Shown piece by piece: positions 1 through 9,338 of a DNA stretch of 64,000 nt. Every line of letters starts with the position of its first letter. The stretch's first letter is position 1. This DNA comes from a virus, in the IMG/VR virus record IMGVR_UViG_3300020193_000003. One strand, written 5' to 3'. The translations under genes and the position numbers were made by a program. Under the pieces are notes generated by a model, which did not search any database, had not been told where the DNA came from, and saw only the letters and a program-made list of their open reading frames with translations.

Positions 1-357
1 GCGGCGAAAATAGCGGCTGGCGCGATCACCTCGGACAAGATCGCCGATGCGACGATCGACGAAAAAGCCAGCAACTACACGCTCGTTCTGACCGACAAGA
101 ACAAGTTCATCAAGATGAACGTCGATAGCGCCAACACGGTCACGGTTCCGACCAACGCGTCGGTCGCCTGGCCGGTCGGCTCCCAGATCCACGTCATCCA
201 GTACGGTCCGGGCAAGACCGAGATAGTTCCCGTGTCGGGCACGGTGTACATTTATGCGACACCCGGCAAGTTTTTGAGGGACAGATACTCGTCGGCCACG
301 CTGCTGAAGTGCGACACCAACATCTGGCTGCTAATGGGTGACCTCAGTGCGACATGA
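1..357 (+). CDS. Tail-fibre-like protein, C-terminal part (5'-truncated by window)
   Basis: Open frame from base 1 (AAKIAAGAITSDKIADATIDEKASNYTLVLTDKNKF...). The C-terminus YTLVLTDKNK...VPTNASVAWPVGSQI...ATPG...WLLMGDLS is clearly homologous to the C-terminus of the 21425-24502 fibre. Confidence 0.75.
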   Translation, partial: AAKIAAGAITSDKIADATIDEKASNYTLVLTDKNKFIKMNVDSANTVTVPTNASVAWPVGSQIHVIQYGPGKTEIVPVSGTVYIYATPGKFLRDRYSSATLLKCDTNIWLLMGDLSAT

Positions 358-932
358 TGCCGATTCCGGGAATAACTTCTAGCGAAGGCAAGAAGCCTTC
401 GACGCCGACCATCGGCACGGCGAGCTCAATAAGCTCCAACAGCGCCGTCATAAACTTCACGGAATCCACATACATCGGCAAGAGCCCGAGCCCGATTTAC
501 CGGGTCTACAACGACTTCGACACGACCCAGGTCATGGGATTGTGCACTTCGTCGTGTAACAGCATCTCGCTGACGGGCCTCGCTGCCTCGACGTCCTACA
601 CGGTGAAAATGAGGCTGGAAGCCACGTACGGCGTGAATTCCGATTTCTCCAGCACCCTGACTTTCGAGACGATTTCTCCGCCCGTCACTCCTCCCGTCAC
701 CCCGCCCGTCACCCCGCCCGTCACTCCTCCCGTCACCCCGCCGGTCACTCCTCCCGTTTCGCCGCCAGTCAGCCCACCCGTAAGTCCGCCCGTTTCGCCG
801 CCAGTCACCCCGCCGGTCACTCCTCCCGTCACTCCTCCCGTCACTCCTCCCGTCACTCCGCCCACGGAATGTTCTTTCTGCCCACCAGAAACGCCATACT
901 GTGTGAACAACGAACCCCCGTGTTTCGGGTAA
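354..932 (+). CDS. FnIII-like domain plus proline-rich (PPVT/S)n protein with Cys-rich tail; putative virion/fibre-associated
   Basis: ATGA overlap with the upstream gene; PTIGTA...F.....G....Y....GL...TSYTV FnIII-like pattern; 15 PPV[T/S] repeats; paralogous N-terminus (GKKPxxPTIGT) with 20900-21421. Confidence 0.8.
   Translation: MMPIPGITSSEGKKPSTPTIGTASSISSNSAVINFTESTYIGKSPSPIYRVYNDFDTTQVMGLCTSSCNSISLTGLAASTSYTVKMRLEATYGVNSDFSSTLTFETISPPVTPPVTPPVTPPVTPPVTPPVTPPVSPPVSPPVSPPVSPPVTPPVTPPVTPPVTPPVTPPTECSFCPPETPYCVNNEPPCFG
678..857 (+). repeat. 12-bp tandem repeat x15 encoding PPVT x6, PPVS x4, PPVT x5
   Basis: Read directly from the sequence; codons vary synonymously. Confidence 0.95.
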
Positions 933-969
933 TATCAAAAACATAAAATAGGAAGGTAAGATTCAAAAT

Positions 970-1173
970 ATGGCCACACAAAAATTTGCCCTAGTTGTAG
1001 AGGGTGAGGTATTTATGCTCATCAGTTATGACGACACATATCCACTTGCCGAAAGATGGACTGCAGGACTAAAAAGCAACCCAACAATTATTGACTGCAC
1101 AGAAATAGAACAAAACCCGTTAAATGGCTGGATTTGGGATGGGGAAAATTTTTCTGAACCAGAAAATAATTAA
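970..1173 (+). CDS. Small hypothetical protein (GWxWDGxxF C-terminus, fibre-assembly-like)
   Basis: SD-like AGGAAGG upstream; GWIWDGENF motif of the kind seen in small proteins downstream of phage fibre genes. Confidence 0.6.
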   Translation: MATQKFALVVEGEVFMLISYDDTYPLAERWTAGLKSNPTIIDCTEIEQNPLNGWIWDGENFSEPENN

Positions 1174-1175
1174 TT

Positions 1176-1400
1176 ATGAGCGCATGGGGCGACTATAAAA
1201 AAAGAGTAGGCAATGTTCGACCGTGGGATGTCCTGAACCCCGACAAACTAATAGATGAAAAGAACGCCGACCATCGCTATGCCATATGCGAGTCATGCCC
1301 CAGTTTCCTCAAGGTCACCAAACAATGCAAGGAGTGCGGTTGCTTCATGGCGCTCAAAACAAAAATTGCAGAGGCCGTATGCCCCATCGGGAAATGGTGA
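1176..1400 (+). CDS. Small Cys-rich metal-binding protein
   Basis: CxxC...CxxCGC...CPxGKW pattern. Confidence 0.7.
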   Translation: MSAWGDYKKRVGNVRPWDVLNPDKLIDEKNADHRYAICESCPSFLKVTKQCKECGCFMALKTKIAEAVCPIGKW

Positions 1401-2725
1401 TACAACGGGAGCTCAAGTGGGAACTACCCGACGCGCTCAGGGAGCCGCACGTGGTCGGGGATTTCTTCCCGACCGAGATGTTCGAGCGGGTGAAAAAGGC
1501 GGTCGCCGACACCAAGATGGGCACGCCCGAGGGCGGTCAGTTCCACACGATGCTGGCCAGGTGGGAGTCGCCGATCCAGTTCGATCCGGACGTCGAGGAG
1601 CACTGCGTCGCGAGGGCGAGGGAGATATTCGGCGACGACACCCTGCTCAAGGCCTACTTCTTCGCCGTGCGCTACCAGCGCAGGGAGGGTTGCGTGCCCC
1701 ACCTGTGGGAGCACACGGACCAGAACGGCACGCAGACAACGATCGACATCACGGTGGAGAACACCGCCGACTGGGACATCATCGTGGAGGGGCGACGGTT
1801 CAAGCAGGAGCCGAACAACGCCATAATCTTCGCCGGCCAGCAGCACATCCACTCGCGGCCCCCGTACCCGACCGACCGCGAGGACGTGTGGACGACGGTG
1901 CTGTTCCTGCACTTCACGCAGCCCGACCACTGGATACAGAGGGAGCGGGACGGGATACACAGGTACGGCGAGGACGGCGACGTGAGGTTCTTCAACAGGA
2001 ACCGATTCCTCGCCATGCCGGACGCGCCGCTCTCCCAGAAGGTCTGTTCCTGCCACGACTATTCGGGAACTCTCAGGCTGTACGACAAAATAGTCGGGGA
2101 ATTCCACGACTCGGATCCGGAGCTCGTGGACATGTCCGTGACGGGCAAGGAGCAACTCGCCCCAGGGATAGTGAGGTATTCGTTCGCACCGGGTTCGGCG
2201 CGAATCCTCAGGGGATTGATACAGAACTGCATGTTCGGCCAGTGGGAGCCGGCCGAGGTGCTGGTGGACGATCAGCGACCCGGCGTCAACCAACAAGCCA
2301 GGAGGTGCTACAACTACTTCCTGAGCGAGACTCAATCCGGGTGCCACCCGCAGGACCCCATCAGGAGGACCAGCGAGTCGCTCAAGCTCGGTCTGGACAA
2401 AATGATGGAGGATTTCAGATCGCAACATCACATAGAGGAGCTGGTGAGCCACCATTCCGTGTTGCTGAGGTACGAGGAGTCGGATCACTTCCACCACCAC
2501 ATTGACGATCACCCGAAGTTCCCGAGGGTCGTGTCGTCGTCGACGTTCCTAAACGACGACTACGAGGGCGGGCAACTGGAGTTCAAGGAATTCGGGTTGA
2601 CCGTGCGACCGATTGCGGGCACCGTCGTGTTCTTCTGCTCGAGCTTCCCCTACATCCACAGGGTCCTCCCTGTGCAACGCGGAATACGATACGCGATCGC
2701 AAAATGGTATGACTACAAGAAATGA
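1394..2725 (+). CDS. Tandem two-domain Fe(II)/2OG oxygenase (prolyl-4-hydroxylase-like)
   Basis: HTD...HSR in the N-terminal half; HID...FLNDDYEGG...HRV.PV..G.RY in the C-terminal half. Start reassigned to the ATG at 1394, overlapping the upstream stop. Confidence 0.8.
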   Translation: MVIQRELKWELPDALREPHVVGDFFPTEMFERVKKAVADTKMGTPEGGQFHTMLARWESPIQFDPDVEEHCVARAREIFGDDTLLKAYFFAVRYQRREGCVPHLWEHTDQNGTQTTIDITVENTADWDIIVEGRRFKQEPNNAIIFAGQQHIHSRPPYPTDREDVWTTVLFLHFTQPDHWIQRERDGIHRYGEDGDVRFFNRNRFLAMPDAPLSQKVCSCHDYSGTLRLYDKIVGEFHDSDPELVDMSVTGKEQLAPGIVRYSFAPGSARILRGLIQNCMFGQWEPAEVLVDDQRPGVNQQARRCYNYFLSETQSGCHPQDPIRRTSESLKLGLDKMMEDFRSQHHIEELVSHHSVLLRYEESDHFHHHIDDHPKFPRVVSSSTFLNDDYEGGQLEFKEFGLTVRPIAGTVVFFCSSFPYIHRVLPVQRGIRYAIAKWYDYKK

Positions 2726-3590
2726 GCAACGAGCCAGGGAGGATTTGGCGCGCAATCTCAGGTTCATAGAAATAGAGCTGTTCGCTTTTTGCAACAGGAA
2801 GTGTTGGTTCTGTCCGAACTCGGCGATAGACAGACTGTCCAACGAGGACGTGATGCCCGAGGCGACCTACCGCAACATCGTGTCGCAGCTGGGGCAAATG
2901 TCCTTCGCCGGAGAGGTTGCCTTCAGCAGGTACAACGAGCCCCTCTCGAGAAAGGAGTTGTTTCTCGACAGGCTCAGGATCGCCAGGTCGCACCTTCCTG
3001 GGGCGAAGCTGAGAACGAACACTAACGGCGACTATCTCAACAGGGAGTACGTGCACGAGCTCAGGGACGCTGGCCTGAACGAGCTCTTCGTTCAGCAGTA
3101 TCTCGGAAACGAGGAATCGTACGACCACTCAAAAATGAGGTCGGCGATCTTCAGGAAGGTCGACCAGCTGGGTTTCTCCTACTCCGTGGTGTCCGACCTG
3201 CACAACCAGAGGTTCGAGATAAACCTGAACACGGTCGGCATCACGGTGCACGTGAGGGGAAGGAACTTCGAGCTTGAGGGATCCGGTAGGACCGACGCGC
3301 TTAGGAAAATGGTGCGGGAATCCTACGTCCGGACCAGGGCCTGCGACCAGCCCTTCCACAACATGTACATCGACTACAACGGGAACGCGATGGTGTGCTG
3401 CAACACCAGATCCGACGTCCCGGAACACTCTGGTGCGATCATGGGGAACATGAACGAGTCCGAGCTGTGGGAGATATTTTCCTCCGAAAATTACTCGAGC
3501 TGGAGGCTCCATCTCGCCGACGACGGCATAAAAACGGGGATATGTGCCAGTTGCAAGATCGGTCTGTCCGTCAACGAGTTCGTCGGGTGA
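2709..3590 (+). CDS. Radical SAM protein with SPASM/twitch domain
   Basis: CNRKCWFC (CxxxCxxC), YNEPL, TNGDYL; C-terminal C...CC...GN...CxxC. Confidence 0.88.
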   Translation: MTTRNEQRAREDLARNLRFIEIELFAFCNRKCWFCPNSAIDRLSNEDVMPEATYRNIVSQLGQMSFAGEVAFSRYNEPLSRKELFLDRLRIARSHLPGAKLRTNTNGDYLNREYVHELRDAGLNELFVQQYLGNEESYDHSKMRSAIFRKVDQLGFSYSVVSDLHNQRFEINLNTVGITVHVRGRNFELEGSGRTDALRKMVRESYVRTRACDQPFHNMYIDYNGNAMVCCNTRSDVPEHSGAIMGNMNESELWEIFSSENYSSWRLHLADDGIKTGICASCKIGLSVNEFVG

Positions 3591-3592
3591 CT

Positions 3593-4555
3593 ATGCACGC
3601 CAAGCACTCGCAAACGGAACGACCGATCTTTAGGGAGTGGGTCCACTATGACGACCTGACCGTCGTCCCGAACCAACCGATCGCCGTTTACGTGCTTGAG
3701 AACGCCAACATAAGCCCGAACGCCGGGCGATCCGTGAAACTGGAGGGGACGTGGATGGTGGTGACCGACGGTTTCGGTCAGTACGGGCACTTCCTGAGGG
3801 AGGGCGTGGGGGCGTTCCTCTACTGCCGGACCATTTTTCCGGATCTCCAGCCGCTGTTCATGCGGGTCCTCCCGTCGGAGACCAACGAGCAACTGAGGCA
3901 GACGATAGACATGATCTTTGCGCGGATGAGCTCCGGCCTGCCCGAACCGCGACACTACGAGGGTTCGGCGATTCACGAATTCAACTTCAGGATCGAACGC
4001 CTCGTGGTCATGCTCGACAACGGGAGGTTGCTGACCAGCCGTAGCCATCCCAACTTCTGGGAGTGCAGGACGCCGCACATAGCGGGCTGCCTCAGGGACT
4101 ATTTCTCGGATCTCATGACCGAGGACGAGACCGTCGCGCCGAAGATATTCGTCACCAGAAGGCAGCGCAACGCCGAAATCGCCGCCAGGAAACGCAGCGA
4201 CGATCCGTGGTACAGGAACAGGTTCGTGGACGAGGACCTGATGGGCACGGTGGAGCAGGCCTTCTCGGACCACGGGTACGAAATCCTGGATTTCGGGGAG
4301 ATGGCGTTCCCGGAGCAGGTGAGACGCTCCTTCAACGCCACAAATTTCGCGGGCTTTCTCGGCACGGCCTTCCACAACGGCATTTGGTGCCGGGACGGCT
4401 CCGTCTTCTACGGCGTCAAGGTGGGCTCTTACGGGTTCGACTGGGAGCACGACATAATACACACCGTCGCCGGGTCGAAATACTCGCTGATAGACGTCTC
4501 GGACGCAGACGACCCGTCGTCCGCGAGGACCAAGGTGGAGTCCTACATAAAGTAA
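3593..4555 (+). CDS. Glycosyltransferase family 61-like (DUF563-type)
   Basis: YGHFLRE, KIFVTRR, GYEILDFGEMAFPEQV..F.A....G..GTAFHN.IW pattern. Confidence 0.7.
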   Translation: MHAKHSQTERPIFREWVHYDDLTVVPNQPIAVYVLENANISPNAGRSVKLEGTWMVVTDGFGQYGHFLREGVGAFLYCRTIFPDLQPLFMRVLPSETNEQLRQTIDMIFARMSSGLPEPRHYEGSAIHEFNFRIERLVVMLDNGRLLTSRSHPNFWECRTPHIAGCLRDYFSDLMTEDETVAPKIFVTRRQRNAEIAARKRSDDPWYRNRFVDEDLMGTVEQAFSDHGYEILDFGEMAFPEQVRRSFNATNFAGFLGTAFHNGIWCRDGSVFYGVKVGSYGFDWEHDIIHTVAGSKYSLIDVSDADDPSSARTKVESYIK

Positions 4556-5238
4556 AAATCCGCGTGGTACAGATTCATGTCCTCGCGATTCATCTCCTCG
4601 ACCTGCTTCATGAGCGACGACCCGACCAGTTTGTGGACCAAATCCGTGCTGACGAAGTCGTAGTAGGCCGCCCAGGTGAACAGCGGAACGTGGCAGACTT
4701 TCGGTCCCAGCGCCAGATCGTCGATTATCTTGTTCACCAGTTTCAGCGGCGCGTTGTCGGCCCATTCGGGGTAGCTCACCCCCGTGTTCATTCGCTCCAC
4801 CCTGCAGGCGAGCCGAACCGAGGAAAGACGCTTTATCGCCATCGACGAGCTCGACGTCTCGCACCCGTTGGTGAGCATGGTCTGGTAGTTCGGGGTGTGA
4901 AAATTGTGCAGCCAGTGCTCGAACAGATCGAGCGTGTGCATCTCGTTCGGTTGATTTATGAACCGCTGGTTGCGCTTCTCCACGTTCAGCTCGCCGAAGT
5001 CGGTGGCATAGCAAAACTCCGCCGCCGTGCGCCGCACGGGATCCCGCACGAAGCACAGAACGTAGGTTTCCGGCGACGGATCCCTCCAGAAACAGTGATC
5101 CGCAAAATCGTGGTTCGCCGATGCGTCTATTCCGCCGGCGGCCATGCTCGCGTACAGGGGGCGGATGACCGACACGTCGAAAACCGGGTCTATGGTTTTC
5201 GGGATGTGAAAGAAGTAAAACGATCTAAAGCCAGTCAT
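4543..5238 (-). CDS. Sulfotransferase-family-like protein (degenerate PSB loop)
   Basis: FFHIPKT, CFVRDPVRR, NYQ, N.EDM.LY; KTID instead of the usual KTGG/KTAG. Confidence 0.6.
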   Translation of the reverse strand: MTGFRSFYFFHIPKTIDPVFDVSVIRPLYASMAAGGIDASANHDFADHCFWRDPSPETYVLCFVRDPVRRTAAEFCYATDFGELNVEKRNQRFINQPNEMHTLDLFEHWLHNFHTPNYQTMLTNGCETSSSSMAIKRLSSVRLACRVERMNTGVSYPEWADNAPLKLVNKIIDDLALGPKVCHVPLFTWAAYYDFVSTDLVHKLVGSSLMKQVEEMNREDMNLYHADFYFM

Positions 5239-6178
5239 CGACGGTCACGAACTCCGTTATCTCATGCCTAATCGCGTAATCGGATTGCTCACCGTATTCC
5301 GGGGGTAAATCGCGAGGAGTCGACTCATAACCGTATAAATCGGCCATCTGCTGGCTCATCCGTATGTAGAATTTGCCATGAATTTTGACCAAATCCATCG
5401 TATTTTGATGTTTGGCCTGTTCCTTTACTAGGTTGGCCCAGTCGTCGCCGTGCTCCGCCAACCCGGCTTCCCACTGTGGCGTGATTAGCGACGAGGTGTA
5501 TTTCAGGTAAGCGCGGCAAAGGAATTTAGTGCCCTTGGTGACTTGTTTGACGCCGTGAAAATAACAGTCCTCACCGGGCCATCTGGGGTCGCCCGATGGG
5601 AAGACGACTACGTCGCCGGCCCTGGGTTTGAACGTGTAAACCGCATTGCCGACTTCGTAGTTGTCGTTTGGGTATATGGTGCAGGTTAGAAAAAACTTTT
5701 CTCCGGGCCAAAACCACTCTCCGGTATTCCAATCGGTGTGGTACTCCATGGCCCTCCCATTGCCAACGCCGCCGCCCTCCGAGTAGACGGCGAGATTCGG
5801 TTCGGTGATGAACGATCTCGGGTGTAACGGAACGCGGTTGGCGCCAACGTAGTGGTGGATCGCCGAGTGCGCTGCGATCTGGAGGATTGCGAAAATGCCA
5901 ATTTCCTCCGATAGGTGTTCTTCGGTTTGAGGCGTCGCCTCGTTTGAAAACGCATCAAGGTTCGGGGAAGCGTATGCGTTGAATCCGACCGGGGACGCGT
6001 AATCACCGAAGACGAACCAGGGCTTCCACGGTTCATAAAACCGCCCCCGACTGCTCCTCTGCCTGTTGCTTGCAAGCCTTGAGCTTAATTCTTTCGTTGA
6101 GTGCGAGGGGATCAGACCCCTGTAAACCATAACCAACGGCGCTATCTCTTTCGGTTCCACTACGGTAAATGCGGTCAT
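5225..6178 (-). CDS. Fe(II)/2OG oxygenase (P4H-like)
   Basis: YHTD...YPNDNYE...FPS...FHGV..VTKGTK; ATGA overlap start at 6178. Confidence 0.82.
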   Translation of the reverse strand: MTAFTVVEPKEIAPLVMVYRGLIPSHSTKELSSRLASNRQRSSRGRFYEPWKPWFVFGDYASPVGFNAYASPNLDAFSNEATPQTEEHLSEEIGIFAILQIAAHSAIHHYVGANRVPLHPRSFITEPNLAVYSEGGGVGNGRAMEYHTDWNTGEWFWPGEKFFLTCTIYPNDNYEVGNAVYTFKPRAGDVVVFPSGDPRWPGEDCYFHGVKQVTKGTKFLCRAYLKYTSSLITPQWEAGLAEHGDDWANLVKEQAKHQNTMDLVKIHGKFYIRMSQQMADLYGYESTPRDLPPEYGEQSDYAIRHEITEFVTVDDWL

Positions 6179-7017
6179 TCCCCACCTTCGCCCGCCAAGT
6201 AGCCCGACGGCGTCTCTCCCTGGACCCAATCGGCGTAGCCCACTGAGATCATTCTTTGCTTGAAGAAATCACCCCTAGCGTCGCCGCACGCGTCGTGGTG
6301 CAAGTTCGGTATGTGTTGTACGGGTGAAAGGACTTCCGTCGACGGACGCGCCATGTTGTTCGGAAGGCCCTGCGAGAACCACTGCAAGTAGGCATACCTC
6401 ACGCCCTTCGTGACGGCGTTTACTTGGTGGCAACCGCAGAAAGACGAGGAGTAGAAAATTGCGTCTCCCATTTTCGGGCTGACCTTTATTCCCCAAGGGG
6501 CGAACTCGATGTCACCCCCATCGTATCCGTCGTTGAGGATGAGGCCGGAAGTTATCGTGTTGGAGAGCGGGAATTGAAGTAGCGGCACGATCGGATCATC
6601 CCCGTACGGTAGGTCGTTATCGGTGTGCGGTCCGATGTTCTGGCCCGGCATGTATTTTATGATGTACCCCCTGGTTCTCCAGCGAACGCACGCGAGGGCG
6701 ACGGGGAAAAGTCGCATGTAATAAACGACGCATTGATAAAGGGCGTCTTCAAGGCTTATGGCAAATTGTCTGTGCTCCTCGGGCATGCCCTCGTAGAGAT
6801 ATTGGACGTATCTCGTCGGGGCGACATGAAGTTCTTGTTGGTCGTACTCGTATCCGCCGTCGCTAATCACCACGTCCTTCTTGTCTTCCAACTCCGAATA
6901 ACCCTGGGGCGGAGCGTTTTTCTCAACTCCGGACAGGAATTCCGAGAGGATTGATCTGTCAATTTCCGCCGCGTTCTCGAAGAGCACGACGCCGGAACCG
7001 AGATGCTTTACCCTCAT
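6175..7017 (-). CDS. Fe(II)/2OG oxygenase (P4H-like, HxDND subfamily)
   Basis: PHTDND...LNDGYDGG...CHQV..VTKGVRY; start MRVKHLGSG. Confidence 0.85.
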   Translation of the reverse strand: MRVKHLGSGVVLFENAAEIDRSILSEFLSGVEKNAPPQGYSELEDKKDVVISDGGYEYDQQELHVAPTRYVQYLYEGMPEEHRQFAISLEDALYQCVVYYMRLFPVALACVRWRTRGYIIKYMPGQNIGPHTDNDLPYGDDPIVPLLQFPLSNTITSGLILNDGYDGGDIEFAPWGIKVSPKMGDAIFYSSSFCGCHQVNAVTKGVRYAYLQWFSQGLPNNMARPSTEVLSPVQHIPNLHHDACGDARGDFFKQRMISVGYADWVQGETPSGYLAGEGGE

Positions 7018-7907
7018 CACCAGAACCTTTCCGTCAGGCGATGCAGGTGGGAGCTTTTCGTCGGATCCTTTAGGTCGGCGAAGGCCACCAAATCCTCCCT
7101 TAGCGACGGCATGTAAAGATTTGTTGCTTTTTGCGCGAGAACCGGGTCCGATATCGGATCCACGACGAACTCGCCGACTTCCTTGTTGGGCGTGCCGTGG
7201 GCGTACCAGCCGAGATACGAGTATCTGTGGCCGCCCGTGATCGGGAGTACCTCGTGCGCCGCCATGTAGTTGGACGGAAACATAAGCACGCTTCCCCTTT
7301 TCGGCTTGTAGGTGATCCCCAGGTAATTGAAGTGGTGGAGCCCCCCCGTGAAGTTCCTGCCGTCCAGTTGCGATTCGTCGTCCACGCAATCGTTCAGGTA
7401 CATCAAGCACGACACGCTGTTTCTCGTTGCCAGCTGTTGGGTCGGGTGCGGCAGTCCGTACGCATAGTCGGCGCTCGTGTCGGAATGAACGCCCAGGTAC
7501 GAGCCACCCTTCGTAGTCGAATACGAGACCAAGTGACCCTTCACCTTCCACCAGATGACCTTGTACGCAAGCGGGTATCGCCATATGTAGTGAAGCAACA
7601 GTTCATCCCGTGTCTCCTCGAGGAAATCCAACAAACGACGCGTTTCGGGGTCTTCGGTCTGGTGTGCCACCGAACATCTCCGGGGCATTTCGGAGGCGCT
7701 GTCCTTCGTGTAGATGTACTCGCTTTTGTTCAGCAAGACGCGATCCCCACTTTCCGGATCAACCGTCTCCGAGTACATGGTGGGGGCGTCGGCATCAACC
7801 AGTTTTTCCGCCATGTCAAAAGTCGCCGACCAATCAAGCTCAAAGGCCCGCTCAAAGGCGACGACGCCACCTCCGATGTCAACCAGTGAGTGCTCAGTTC
7901 TTTTCAT
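7017..7907 (-). CDS. Fe(II)/2OG oxygenase (P4H-like)
   Basis: VHSD...YLNDC...FTGG...FPSNYMAAHEV.PITGGHRY. Confidence 0.85.
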   Translation of the reverse strand: MKRTEHSLVDIGGGVVAFERAFELDWSATFDMAEKLVDADAPTMYSETVDPESGDRVLLNKSEYIYTKDSASEMPRRCSVAHQTEDPETRRLLDFLEETRDELLLHYIWRYPLAYKVIWWKVKGHLVSYSTTKGGSYLGVHSDTSADYAYGLPHPTQQLATRNSVSCLMYLNDCVDDESQLDGRNFTGGLHHFNYLGITYKPKRGSVLMFPSNYMAAHEVLPITGGHRYSYLGWYAHGTPNKEVGEFVVDPISDPVLAQKATNLYMPSLREDLVAFADLKDPTKSSHLHRLTERFW

Positions 7908-8484
7908 GATTTGACCTCAGCATGAGATCCAAGGCTAGCAATTTCGGTGTGGTCAGGAATGAGGAGATCGCGTACCGGTCGCCGTTTTTGACCTCGGCGA
8001 CACCGTGGGAGAATTGCAAACCGCTTGGCCAGGCAATCATTTGACCCGCCTTGGGTTTTATGCGCAATCCGAGTTGTCCGAAAAATAACTCGCCGCCGTC
8101 GTAGTCGTCGTTTAGATATATGTACATTGCGCCCTCGGTCAGGAATGTCTGCGGTCTTGCGCCGACGACGTAGTTCTCCTCCTCGTCGTGGTGTTCGGAC
8201 AGCGAGGATCCGGTCGGGTACTTTCTGAGGGTGGGTCGGTAAAGCGGCACCATTGTGCGCCCGAAATGCGTGCTCGCCAAAGAGATGGCCTCGTTGAACA
8301 GCATTTGCGTTAGTTCGTGCTCCAATCTTTTGGCCTGGTCCGGCACTCGCTCCTCCCCGGGCTCGTAAAAATCCCTCGGCCAGTCCGCGTGCTTGCTGCA
8401 TGCGCGGTGCAACTCGGCGCACTCGGATCGCCTGTCGATATCCACGACGAGAATGTGCTTTTCGAGCGAAAGATTATCCGACAT
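7894..8484 (-). CDS. Fe(II)/2OG oxygenase (P4H-like)
   Basis: EHHD...YLNDDYDGGELFF...SHGV.EVKNGDRY. Confidence 0.85.
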   Translation of the reverse strand: MSDNLSLEKHILVVDIDRRSECAELHRACSKHADWPRDFYEPGEERVPDQAKRLEHELTQMLFNEAISLASTHFGRTMVPLYRPTLRKYPTGSSLSEHHDEEENYVVGARPQTFLTEGAMYIYLNDDYDGGELFFGQLGLRIKPKAGQMIAWPSGLQFSHGVAEVKNGDRYAISSFLTTPKLLALDLMLRSNHEKN

Positions 8485-9328
8485 GGTCGTTTTGGCGCGA
8501 CTGGATGTGCGTCTTCCTGTTTCGCTCTTCATCGTCGTATTTTGAGGAGAGATGCTTTTCGTAATCGCTTAGCAGATCCTTCATCCAGTATTGCCCGTCC
8601 AGCACGCCGTCGGATCTGGGTTCGGCGACTGGATTTATCCCCTTCTCCTCGTGCGCCGATCCCTGGGCGAACCAGGAGAGATACGAGTATCTCTTGCCTC
8701 CCGTTATTGGGAGTATCTCGTGAGCCCCAAGGTAGTTGGCCGGCAGGAAAACGACGTCCCCCTTTGACGGGGTGATGGTTATGTCGAAGTATGGGACGGT
8801 CATCCTTCCACCAGAAAAGGAGTATGGCACCGAGTCGCTCCCGGGGTCGTCCACACAATCGTTCAGGTAGATCAGGCACGATACGACGTTTCTGGTCGCA
8901 TGCTCCGTGCCCGGGAACTGACCGTACCTGTAGTTGACGTCGTTGTCGCAGTGCAGGCCGAGCGCGGCCCCCCTCTCGTATCTCAGCACGTGCCCGGAGC
9001 TCTTCCACCAGATGCACTGCAGTATTGACGGAAACAGCTCAATGTATTCCATCAGGCAGGAGTAGATGACTCTCTCGCATCGTTCAAAAAATTCCCCCGA
9101 AAGATTCTGGATCCTCACCGGGCTGGAATCAATCATGTCCAGCGAGTATATAAACCCACCTTGATTCACGGCGTGTATCGGTGTCCCCGATTCGTCTCTG
9201 ACGATAGTGAAGTTCCTCGCCTTCCATTCCTCCGCCATTTCGTCGATCATCGGGATCACCGCGTCCTGATCGAATTCCATAGCTTTCGGGAACCTGACTA
9301 CGCCGCCGCCGAGATGCTCCACCTTCAT
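8474..9328 (-). CDS. Fe(II)/2OG oxygenase (P4H-like, HxDND subfamily)
   Basis: LHCDND...YLNDC...FSGG...AHEI.PITGGKRY. Confidence 0.85.
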   Translation of the reverse strand: MKVEHLGGGVVRFPKAMEFDQDAVIPMIDEMAEEWKARNFTIVRDESGTPIHAVNQGGFIYSLDMIDSSPVRIQNLSGEFFERCERVIYSCLMEYIELFPSILQCIWWKSSGHVLRYERGAALGLHCDNDVNYRYGQFPGTEHATRNVVSCLIYLNDCVDDPGSDSVPYSFSGGRMTVPYFDITITPSKGDVVFLPANYLGAHEILPITGGKRYSYLSWFAQGSAHEEKGINPVAEPRSDGVLDGQYWMKDLLSDYEKHLSSKYDDEERNRKTHIQSRQNDHVG

Positions 9329-9338
9329 GGCTGGTTCA

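Noticed and set aside
678-857. Tandem repeats as a CRISPR array or origin iterons (also 20924-21091)
   Set aside because: Contiguous 12-bp units without spacers, in frame, with third-position variation: these are coding repeats.
1255-5271. Long alternative-frame ORFs (1255-2505, 1424-2512, 3491-5056, 4063-5271)
   Set aside because: High-GC frame artefacts overlapping genes with clear catalytic motifs.
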